A stretch of 64,000 bases of DNA from an uncultured Methanosarcinales archaeon (GTDB lineage Archaea > Nanobdellota > Nanobdellia > Woesearchaeales > ARS49). Position 1 is the stretch's first letter; the number at the start of each line of letters is the position of its first letter. Below are positions 57,442-64,000 of the stretch, piece by piece. The stretch covers positions 102,055 through 166,054 of the forward strand of contig CAYUPS010000002.1 in NCBI GenBank assembly GCA_964445485.1, written 5' to 3'. Under the pieces are notes generated by a model. That model saw only the letters and a list, made by a program, of their open reading frames with translations. It had not been told where the DNA came from and did no database searches. The position numbers and the translations under genes are program-made.

Positions 57442-60285
57442 ATGGTCGACCTCCAGAAGCTCGCCAAGAAATGGCAGGGCAAGTGGGCCAAACAGCAGGC
57501 GTTCGAGGCAGATGCCGACGATGAGCGCCCCAAGTTCTTCGTGACATTCCCTTACCCGTATGTCAACGGCTACCCCCACATCGGCCACTCCTACACCTGC
57601 GCCCGCGTGGACACCATGGCGCGCTACCAGCGCATGCGCGGCAAGAACGTCCTCTTCCCGCAGGGCTGGCACGCGACAGGTTCGCCCATCGACAGCGCGG
57701 CCAGGCGCGTGCGCGAGAAAGAGCCCAAGCAGATCGCCATCCTCAAGTCGCTCGGGTTCTCTGACGATGACCTCCCGAAGTTCGAGCAGCCCAAGCACTG
57801 GATCAAGGTCTTCGGCAAGGTCTGGGGCGAGGACCTGCGCAAGATGGGCATGAGCATCGATTGGCGTCGCAATTTCGTCACGACTGACCTCAACCCGCAC
57901 TATTCCGCATTCATCCAGTGGCAGTTCCGCAAGCTCAAGGACAAGGGATTCGTGCAGATCGGCAAGCATCCCGTCACGTGGTGCCCGAAGGAGAACGGTC
58001 CGGTGCCGGACCACAACCGCTCCAAGGGAGAGGGCATCGCGCCCGAGGAGATGACGCTCCTCAAGTTCACGCTCAAGACCAAGGACGGGCATGTCCTCAT
58101 CCTGCCGGCAGCCACGTTCCGCCCCGAGACAGTGTACGGCGTGACGAACATCTGGCTCAATCCCGACGTCGAGTACGCCGATGCGCAGGTCGACGGAGAG
58201 CGCTGGATCGTCTCCAAGGAATGCCTCCAGAAGCTGCAGGACCAGCAGCACACCATCCTCGCAAGCCGCGCATTCAAGGGCAAAGAGCTCATCGGCGAGC
58301 GCGTCCTCAACCCAGTCACCGGCGATTCCGTCCTCATCCTCCCCGCATCGTTCGTGTCGGCCAATTTCGGCACGGGCGTCGTCATGAGCGTTCCTGCCCA
58401 CGCGCCGTACGACTACATGGCGCTCAAGGAGATCCAGGACAACCACACCAAATACGGTTTCGACGCGTCTGTCAAGAGCATCAAGCCAGTCTCGCTCATC
58501 GCAGTGCCCGGCTACAAGGACTTTCCCGCCATCGAGGAGTGCCGCAAACGGGGCATCCAGAGCCAGCAGGACGCAGCGCTCGAAGAAGCCACGACTGAAG
58601 TGTACAAGAAGGAATTCCACCAAGGCAAGCTCAAGCAGATGTTCGGCCAGTACGCGGGCAAGACCATCAGCGAAGCCAAGCAAGGCCTCACGGACGAATT
58701 CGTCAGCGCGGGCCGCGCGGCGAAGCTCTGGGAGCTCGCGGGCGAAGTCGTGTGCCGCTGCCTCTCCCCCTGCCATGTCCGGATCGTCGACAACCAATGG
58801 TTCCTCACCTACGGCGACCAGGCCTGGAAGCAGGTAGCGCACAAGGCCCTCAAGGAATGCAAGCTGTATCCTGAGAAAGTGCGCACGCAGTTCAGCACGG
58901 TGCTTGACTGGCTGCGAGACTGGGCGTGCACGCGCGAATTCGGCATGGGCACGCGCCTCCCCTGGGATGAGCACTGGATCATCGAATCCCTCTCTGACAG
59001 CACGCTGTACATGGCGTACTACACCATCGCGCATCTGCTCAAGGAGATCCCTGCGAAGAGCGTCACGGATGCGGTATTCGATTACGCGTTCCTCGGCAGG
59101 GGCGATGCGAAATCCCTCGGCATCCCTGTGAAGACCGCAGAGGAGATGCGCAAGGAATTCACCTACTGGTACCCTGTCGATTTCCGCAACAGCGGCAAGG
59201 ACCTCGTGCAAAACCACCTCTCGTTCTTCCTCTTCAACCACGCCGCCATCTTCCCCGAGAAGTACTGGCCGCGCGGCATCGGCGTCAACGGCTATGTCAA
59301 CGTGCAGGGCAGCAAGATGGCCAAGAGCGCCGGCAATTTCCGCACGCTGCGCCAGTGCATGGAGGAATTCTCTCCCGATGTCGTGCGCATGACAATCCTC
59401 TCGAGCGGCGAAGAGCTCGCCGACGTCGACTGGGATCCTGACGCGGCGTTCACGCTCCGCAAGCGCATCGAGGCATGGTACGAGTTCGCGACCAAGAGGC
59501 ACAAGGCCCCAAAGAAGGACGAGCAGCTGAGCGACATCGACCTGTGGATGGAGAGCCAGCTCAACGGCATCATCAAGGATTCGACTGCAGCGATGGACGA
59601 GACGCTCTACCGAACCGCCATCCTGCGCGGGTATTTCGACTTGCAGCGCAACCTGAAGTGGTACATGCGCCGCAAGGCGGACAAGCCCAACAAGGCGCTC
59701 CTCAACAGGGTCATCGAGACGCAGACGCTGCTCCTCACGCCCTTCGCGCCGCACACCTGCGAGGAGATATGGAGCAAGATCGCAGAGGACGGCTTCGTCT
59801 CGTTCGCCAAGTGGCCGGTCGCAGACCTGTCGAAGATCAATCCCGCGCTCGACGCGCAGGAATCATCGATGGAATCGCTTGTGGATGACATCCGCACCGT
59901 GATGGGCCTCGCGAAGCTCGAGAGACCGCAGAGCGTCACGCTCGTCGCGGCGGACGACTGGAAGCACAGGTTCTGCAAGGATCTCAAGCATCACCTCTCC
60001 GGCACTCGCAACATCGGCGATCTGATGCGCATGATGATGACGCCCGAGTTCAAGCAGCACGGCCAGCTGATCTCCCAGTTGGTGCAGCGCTTCGTCAAGG
60101 ATCCGGGCAAACTTCCCGCCAAGGACACGCACCAGGAGGCGGAGCTCGCGTTCCTCTCCGACGCGATACCATTCCTTGAGAGCGAGTTCGGCTGCAGCGT
60201 CAAGGTCCTCTCAGAGGCAGATGCCGCCGCTGAAGCGAAAGCCAAGAGCGCGATGCCGGGCAAGCCCGCGATCATCGTGCAGTAG
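57442..60285 (+). CDS. leuS: leucyl-tRNA synthetase (archaeal/eukaryal type)
   Basis: Start trimmed to MVDLQKLAKKWQ. HIGH region (PYVNGYPHIGH) and KMSKS (KMAKS). TATA GCTTTAAAAACAGG upstream. Confidence 0.9.
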   Translation: MVDLQKLAKKWQGKWAKQQAFEADADDERPKFFVTFPYPYVNGYPHIGHSYTCARVDTMARYQRMRGKNVLFPQGWHATGSPIDSAARRVREKEPKQIAILKSLGFSDDDLPKFEQPKHWIKVFGKVWGEDLRKMGMSIDWRRNFVTTDLNPHYSAFIQWQFRKLKDKGFVQIGKHPVTWCPKENGPVPDHNRSKGEGIAPEEMTLLKFTLKTKDGHVLILPAATFRPETVYGVTNIWLNPDVEYADAQVDGERWIVSKECLQKLQDQQHTILASRAFKGKELIGERVLNPVTGDSVLILPASFVSANFGTGVVMSVPAHAPYDYMALKEIQDNHTKYGFDASVKSIKPVSLIAVPGYKDFPAIEECRKRGIQSQQDAALEEATTEVYKKEFHQGKLKQMFGQYAGKTISEAKQGLTDEFVSAGRAAKLWELAGEVVCRCLSPCHVRIVDNQWFLTYGDQAWKQVAHKALKECKLYPEKVRTQFSTVLDWLRDWACTREFGMGTRLPWDEHWIIESLSDSTLYMAYYTIAHLLKEIPAKSVTDAVFDYAFLGRGDAKSLGIPVKTAEEMRKEFTYWYPVDFRNSGKDLVQNHLSFFLFNHAAIFPEKYWPRGIGVNGYVNVQGSKMAKSAGNFRTLRQCMEEFSPDVVRMTILSSGEELADVDWDPDAAFTLRKRIEAWYEFATKRHKAPKKDEQLSDIDLWMESQLNGIIKDSTAAMDETLYRTAILRGYFDLQRNLKWYMRRKADKPNKALLNRVIETQTLLLTPFAPHTCEEIWSKIAEDGFVSFAKWPVADLSKINPALDAQESSMESLVDDIRTVMGLAKLERPQSVTLVAADDWKHRFCKDLKHHLSGTRNIGDLMRMMMTPEFKQHGQLISQLVQRFVKDPGKLPAKDTHQEAELAFLSDAIPFLESEFGCSVKVLSEADAAAEAKAKSAMPGKPAIIVQ

Positions 60286-60301
60286 AATTCTGGAAAAAAG
60301 A

Positions 60302-60586
60302 AAAAGTGGGGCAAGAGCGCTCCCTGATGGACGCATCGTCCGCGCGACAGTTGATTCCCGCGCCGTCCTCAGTTCCGCACCCCTGAAAGCAGTAGCGGAA
60401 ACGGTTAGTGCTGCTCGGTTCCCCGCCTGACACGGTTCCCGCACCCGTACTCCATCAGGACAGAACCTCAACGTTCGACACAGGCCCGCCACGCAAGCCA
60501 TACGCCGCTCAAAGAGCTTCGGTCCAACCATGAAGCCGGTTTGTTGGGCAGGAGACGGCTACCCTCCCGACCTATCTTGCCCCGTC
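60302..60586 (-). ncRNA. signal recognition particle RNA (archaeal 7S SRP RNA)
   Basis: Lies between convergent leuS and the presenilin-like gene. 5' GGGGCAAGA pairs with 3' TCTTGCCCC. Helix-5 pairing GTCCTGATGGA/TCCATCAGGGA. Helix-8 motif GTGTCAGG-CGG-GGAA-CCG-AGCAGCAC, where GGAA is a GNRA tetraloop. 3' oligo-U tract. TATA on the minus strand 25 nt upstream. Confidence 0.7.
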
Positions 60587-60602
60587 GGGACAACTGGTGG
60601 GC

Positions 60603-60614
60603 GGTTTAAATATG
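60603..60614 (-). promoter_or_regulatory. TATA box (GGTTTAAATATG, near-palindromic) for the minus-strand SRP RNA gene
   Basis: Centre is about 25 nt from the predicted SRP RNA 5' end at 60583-60586. Confidence 0.5.
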
Positions 60615-60621
60615 TTTGCTC

Positions 60622-61518
60622 TCAGAGGAGGCCGATCATCCACGCAAACGAGAAGCCGAGGACGCACCCTGCGCTCAAGAACGGCATGGCGGGATAGAAC
60701 CGGTCTTTCTTGGCGAGGAAGAGGAGTCCGGCGAGCGCCGCGGTCGTGAAGGGCACTATGGCGAGCGCAGCGTTGAGCGAGCTGCTGGCGAGGACGGCGC
60801 TGGAGAAGATCAGCGGGAAGCCTATGTCGCCGCCGCCGAGGACCGCCGTGCGCCACTGGCCCGCCTTGAGAGGCTTTTTCGAGGGCGTCTGCCGCGAGAG
60901 CATGATGCCTTTCTGCGCATGGTACGGCAGGAGCAGTCCTGCAAAGATGCCGGTGCCTGCCTGGAATTTCGCCATCTTGATCATGTGCTTGCTCTGCCAC
61001 ACCGCGTACATATCATATGCGGAGAGGAGCGCGAGCGCGCCGAACGCGTACGCGACATTGAGCATGGGCGCGAAGAGCGCGGCGAGACCGCCGTACATGA
61101 ACAATTCCGTGACGTTGTGGATGATGATGTTGGGCCGCAGTATCTTCCACGCGCCGAGCGCCACGGCCATGGCGAGCGCGACCGGCATGGGCGCGAAGGA
61201 GGAGAATGCGATGTGCAGGCAGATAGTGACTGCGAGGAAGAACCATAGCCGCCAGAGCCAGCCGACCGAGTACTTGATGAGGAACAGGATGAGAAGCGTG
61301 CCCACGCCGATCGCGCCCGCGAGGTAGACAAGGCCGCCGAGCGGGCTGACATCCGGCCGTTCGAGCGCCACGCCCGCGACGCTGGGCAAAGGCTGCCACT
61401 TACTGTCTTGGTAGTAGGAATTGACGACCAGGAGGCCGATGATCTGGGCGATGGCGAACATCGCGATGAGAATGAGGGTGACTTTGAGCGAATGTTTCAT
61501 TCTCGTCTCGGGCGTCAA
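60622..61518 (-). CDS. presenilin / signal-peptide-peptidase family intramembrane aspartyl protease (archaeal PSH-like)
   Basis: Polytopic membrane protein carrying a YD motif (LLSAYDMYAV), GxGD (LGGGDIGFPL) and a PAL-like PAMPFL near the C-terminus. Confidence 0.65.
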   Translation of the reverse strand: MTPETRMKHSLKVTLILIAMFAIAQIIGLLVVNSYYQDSKWQPLPSVAGVALERPDVSPLGGLVYLAGAIGVGTLLILFLIKYSVGWLWRLWFFLAVTICLHIAFSSFAPMPVALAMAVALGAWKILRPNIIIHNVTELFMYGGLAALFAPMLNVAYAFGALALLSAYDMYAVWQSKHMIKMAKFQAGTGIFAGLLLPYHAQKGIMLSRQTPSKKPLKAGQWRTAVLGGGDIGFPLIFSSAVLASSSLNAALAIVPFTTAALAGLLFLAKKDRFYPAMPFLSAGCVLGFSFAWMIGLL

Positions 61519-61550
61519 CCTTATATATAAACCATTTGTCTGGGGAAACC

Positions 61551-62021
61551 ATGCGGTATGCGCACAAGATCGTATTCACGTTCTTCGCCAAGCCCGGCGA
61601 TGATGTCACCCGGCTGCGCGCGGCGCTCGCAGGTCTCGCGCCGTCGGATGAGACGAAGCGCAAGAAGGCATTGAGCGAGTCAGTCGCGGCCCCCGAAGGC
61701 CAGTTCGAGGATGAGCTGCGCATCCTCGCCTGCACGCTCACGGGAGAGTCCGAGACGACAGCCATGCTGCGCCGCATCCTCGCATCGCTCGCCAAGGCGG
61801 ACTATGCGGCAGTATCGCAGCAGCGCGAGAGCCGGCTGGATGATGAACTAGACTTCTTCCTGCGCCTTGACAAGAAGAAGTTCCTCGCCGGCATGTGGGC
61901 CCTCACGCAGAGCGGCGACTGCCTGCATGTGCGTATCACGCTCGCAGCCTACCCCAAGACCAAGGCGTCGGCTCTGGCAGTCCTTGACAAAATATTTAAA
62001 GACCTCAGCCCGACGGGATGA
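61551..62021 (+). CDS. hypothetical protein (157 aa), possibly a DUF54/COG1325-like RNA-binding protein
   Basis: Start trimmed to MRYAHKIVFTFFAKPGDD, a leaderless 25 nt after TATA CCTTATATATAAACC. Family assignment is tentative. Confidence 0.3.
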   Translation: MRYAHKIVFTFFAKPGDDVTRLRAALAGLAPSDETKRKKALSESVAAPEGQFEDELRILACTLTGESETTAMLRRILASLAKADYAAVSQQRESRLDDELDFFLRLDKKKFLAGMWALTQSGDCLHVRITLAAYPKTKASALAVLDKIFKDLSPTG

Positions 62022-62025
62022 CGCT

Positions 62026-63120
62026 ATGGCGCACCTTGTCGACCCCTGGGGGTCAGAACTTGTCGCGGACTATGACCGCATCGTGCACGAGTTCGGCCTC
62101 GAAATGTTCGCCGCGCCCGGCCCCTTCCCCAGCCCTAATAAGCTCATGCGGCGCGGCGTCGTCTTCGCAGGACGGGACCTGCAGCGCATCGCCAAGTGCA
62201 TCAAGGAGAAGAAACCGTTCTACGCCCTCAGCGGCATCATGCCGTCGGGCGAGCGCCTGCACCTCGGCAACAAGATGGTCGTGGAGAACCTCAAGTACTT
62301 CCAGGACCACGGCGCGCAGACCTATATCCTCGTCGCAGACCTCGAAGCTGCGGCAGCGCGCGGCATCAGCCTCGAAGAGGCCCGCACGCGCGCTATGGCA
62401 TTCCACATCCCCGCCTATCTGGCGCTCGGCCTCGACCCGCACAAGACCACATTCTACTTCCAGAGCGACAACAAGCAAGTCATGCACCTCGCCTATGAGT
62501 TCTCCAAGAAGATCACGCTCAATGAATTCCGCGCCGTCTACGGCAGCGCCGACCCGTCGAGGATCATGAGCGCGCTCACGCAGGTCGGCGACATCCTCTT
62601 CCCGCAGATGGACAAGCGCATGCCCGGCATCATCCCCGTCGGCATCGACCAGGACCCGCATATCCGCCTCGCGCGCGATGTCGTCAACCGCACCAAGACC
62701 ACGCACAAGTTCGTGCCACCGAGCGCAATCTACCACAAGTACACGCCGTCATTGACCGGCGAGATCAAGATGAGCAAGTCAGTCCCGAGCGGCAATATCG
62801 AGCTGCCCGACGACATCAAGACTGTCGTGCAGAAGATCAAGCGCGCCAAGACCGGCGGCCGCACCAGCGAGGAAGAGCAGCGCAAGATGGGCGGAGAGCC
62901 GGAGAAATGCATGGTCTTCGAGATGTACAAGCAGCACCTGGTCGATGAGGATGAGGAGCTCGCGCGCATCTTCAACAGGTGCAAGACGGGCGAATTGCTG
63001 TGCGGCGCCGACAAAAGCCACTGCTGCGGCCACATGAGCGACTTCCTCGAGGAGTTCGCATCGCGCATGACCGAGGCGCGCAAGCAGGCCAAGAAGATCA
63101 AGTTCGTCAAATTCTCCTAA
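62026..63120 (+). CDS. trpS: tryptophanyl-tRNA synthetase (archaeal/eukaryal type class I)
   Basis: Start trimmed to MAHLVDPWGSEL. HIGH-equivalent GIMPSGERLHLGN and KMSKS present. C-terminal Cys cluster. Confidence 0.8.
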   Translation: MAHLVDPWGSELVADYDRIVHEFGLEMFAAPGPFPSPNKLMRRGVVFAGRDLQRIAKCIKEKKPFYALSGIMPSGERLHLGNKMVVENLKYFQDHGAQTYILVADLEAAAARGISLEEARTRAMAFHIPAYLALGLDPHKTTFYFQSDNKQVMHLAYEFSKKITLNEFRAVYGSADPSRIMSALTQVGDILFPQMDKRMPGIIPVGIDQDPHIRLARDVVNRTKTTHKFVPPSAIYHKYTPSLTGEIKMSKSVPSGNIELPDDIKTVVQKIKRAKTGGRTSEEEQRKMGGEPEKCMVFEMYKQHLVDEDEELARIFNRCKTGELLCGADKSHCCGHMSDFLEEFASRMTEARKQAKKIKFVKFS

Positions 63121-63161
63121 GTGCCGTAACCTATATATACCACAAGAGCAGATGCGGGGGT

Positions 63162-63353
63162 ATGCCAAAGAAGCGCCTCGCGCCCCTGCCCGCCTCCATG
63201 ATGCTCATGAGCATCGTCGGCCTGCTCGCATCGATCCTCTGGGTCTGGCCGCTCGACACCGACATCGCGTTCGCGTTCATCGTGCTCTTCGCGGCCATGT
63301 TCCTCGCCTGCATGCACACCATGCGTTACGGCCCCGTCCCCTCGATGAAGTGA
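63162..63353 (+). CDS. hypothetical small membrane protein (63 aa, two TM)
   Basis: TATA CCTATATATACC 26 nt upstream (leaderless). Hydrophobic helices. Confidence 0.4.
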   Translation: MPKKRLAPLPASMMLMSIVGLLASILWVWPLDTDIAFAFIVLFAAMFLACMHTMRYGPVPSMK

Positions 63354-63358
63354 ACCCC

Positions 63359-64000
63359 ATGCGAATCTACGCGCTTCTCCTCATCCTCGTGCTCCTCGCC
63401 GCATGCGCGCCGATCGAGCCCACCAAGCCAGGAGCGCCCGCCTCACCCAAAGAAGAGCCCGCGCCCGCTCCCGCGCCGACGCCGCAGCCCCCCGCGCAGC
63501 CCGCCCCAGAACCCGCCCCCGCTCCAGCGCCGGCACCAACACCTGCGCCCCAGCCGGCCGTCACCTCACCCGCACCAGCCGTGACTGCGCCGCCCGCAGA
63601 AGAAACGCCATCCGCCGATCTCGACCCGGGCGTGCAAGCGCTCGTCGACAAAGCCCTGAAAGTCAAGAGCCTCGCCTATATGTATGTCAAGCCGGACGAG
63701 ACCGCCTACGGCAGCAAGTACTTCATCAAAGGCACCAAGCAGAGGATCGAGCTCCGCCAGCCGTATGAGATCAGGGACCGCGAGAACTACTTCGACATCC
63801 TCTATCTCGACAACACGACAGCCTATGGTATCGGCATCTGCTCAGGCCTGCACGGCCTCAAGGACTGCCCGCAGCTCGGCAAGGTCTTCAGCGTCCGTGC
63901 AGCATCCTATTATGCCAAGACGCCGTTCGACTGGCTGTCGCTCCTCAACCCGACCGCGATGGTCAGGGGCGTCGAGCAGTTCACCAACCGCGCCGTCAAC
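63359..64000 (+). CDS. hypothetical secreted or lipoprotein (signal peptide with LLAAC lipobox-like Cys, PAPAPAPTP linker, globular domain); 3' end lies outside the window
   Basis: ORF is open to the window end. The hydrophobic N-terminus ends in AAC. A Pro/Ala-rich linker of about 70 aa. Confidence 0.45.
   Translation, partial: MRIYALLLILVLLAACAPIEPTKPGAPASPKEEPAPAPAPTPQPPAQPAPEPAPAPAPAPTPAPQPAVTSPAPAVTAPPAEETPSADLDPGVQALVDKALKVKSLAYMYVKPDETAYGSKYFIKGTKQRIELRQPYEIRDRENYFDILYLDNTTAYGIGICSGLHGLKDCPQLGKVFSVRAASYYAKTPFDWLSLLNPTAMVRGVEQFTNRAVN

Noticed and set aside
57301-59754. 817-aa ORF on the minus strand
   Set aside because: Antisense to leuS. Same GC-rich antisense artefact.
60286-60621. 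A plus-strand small protein or tRNA in the leuS downstream gap
   Set aside because: No ORF of 40 aa or more with a start. No cloverleaf. The minus-strand SRP RNA model explains the TATA, the terminal helices and the U-tract.

Overview
This looks like a high-GC archaeal chromosome segment made almost entirely of core informational genes. I call the organism archaeal from the leaderless TATA-box promoters, the archaeal r-protein gene order, canonical bulge-helix-bulge tRNA introns, PolD, Orc1/Cdc6, TBP, TFE and PCNA. Overlapping start/stop codons and the absence of adk, cmk and Rpp29 suggest a small, reduced genome, but I infer that only from what is missing.

Contents in order:
- ABCE1 (3' end), then on the minus strand TrmI, dephospho-CoA kinase, tRNA-Cys(GCA) and a small Toprim protein.
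- A fused PriS-PriL DNA primase, divergent from the Toprim gene.
- The large r-protein operon from L3 to L15, then SecY, a DUF106/Oxa1-like insertase, TBP and MCM.
- A Cys-rich membrane protein, an OB-fold plus winged-helix (RPA32-like) protein, a DUF95 membrane protein and aIF2-beta.
- The orc1/cdc6-PolD DP1-DP2 operon on the minus strand, with an AT-rich candidate replication origin immediately upstream of orc1.
- A TrmB-family regulator, TFE, Hjc, an APH-like kinase overlapping a HAD hydrolase, an intron-containing tRNA-Gly(CCC) and a DUF212-like protein.
- An uncharacterised four-gene block: 29-aa helical-repeat protein, 47-aa cross-brace zinc finger, coiled-coil protein, membrane HtrA-like protease.
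- Cytidine deaminase, PCNA, RNase J and an intron-containing tRNA-Leu(CAA).
- Three tandem paralogous coiled-coil proteins, one carrying 54-bp in-frame tandem repeats.
- ScpA-like/ScpB, GyrA without GyrB, a THUMP methyltransferase, an RNase P RNA, Sec61-beta, NAC and tRNA-His.
- The S13-S4-S11-RpoD-tRNA-Leu(GAG)-L18e-L13-S9-RpoN operon, LeuRS, a minus-strand SRP RNA, a presenilin-like protease, TrpRS and a partial lipoprotein.

I found no CRISPR array or mobile element.

The most notable items are:
- The candidate oriC beside orc1-polD.
- A recurring GTGGAAGCG(GC) ORB-like motif at oriC, upstream of mcm and in the L3 operon leader.
- The fused primase.
- The SRP and RNase P RNA genes called from sequence.
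- The coiled-coil paralog triad and the repeat-protein/zinc-finger/protease block, as the best candidates for uncharacterised systems.
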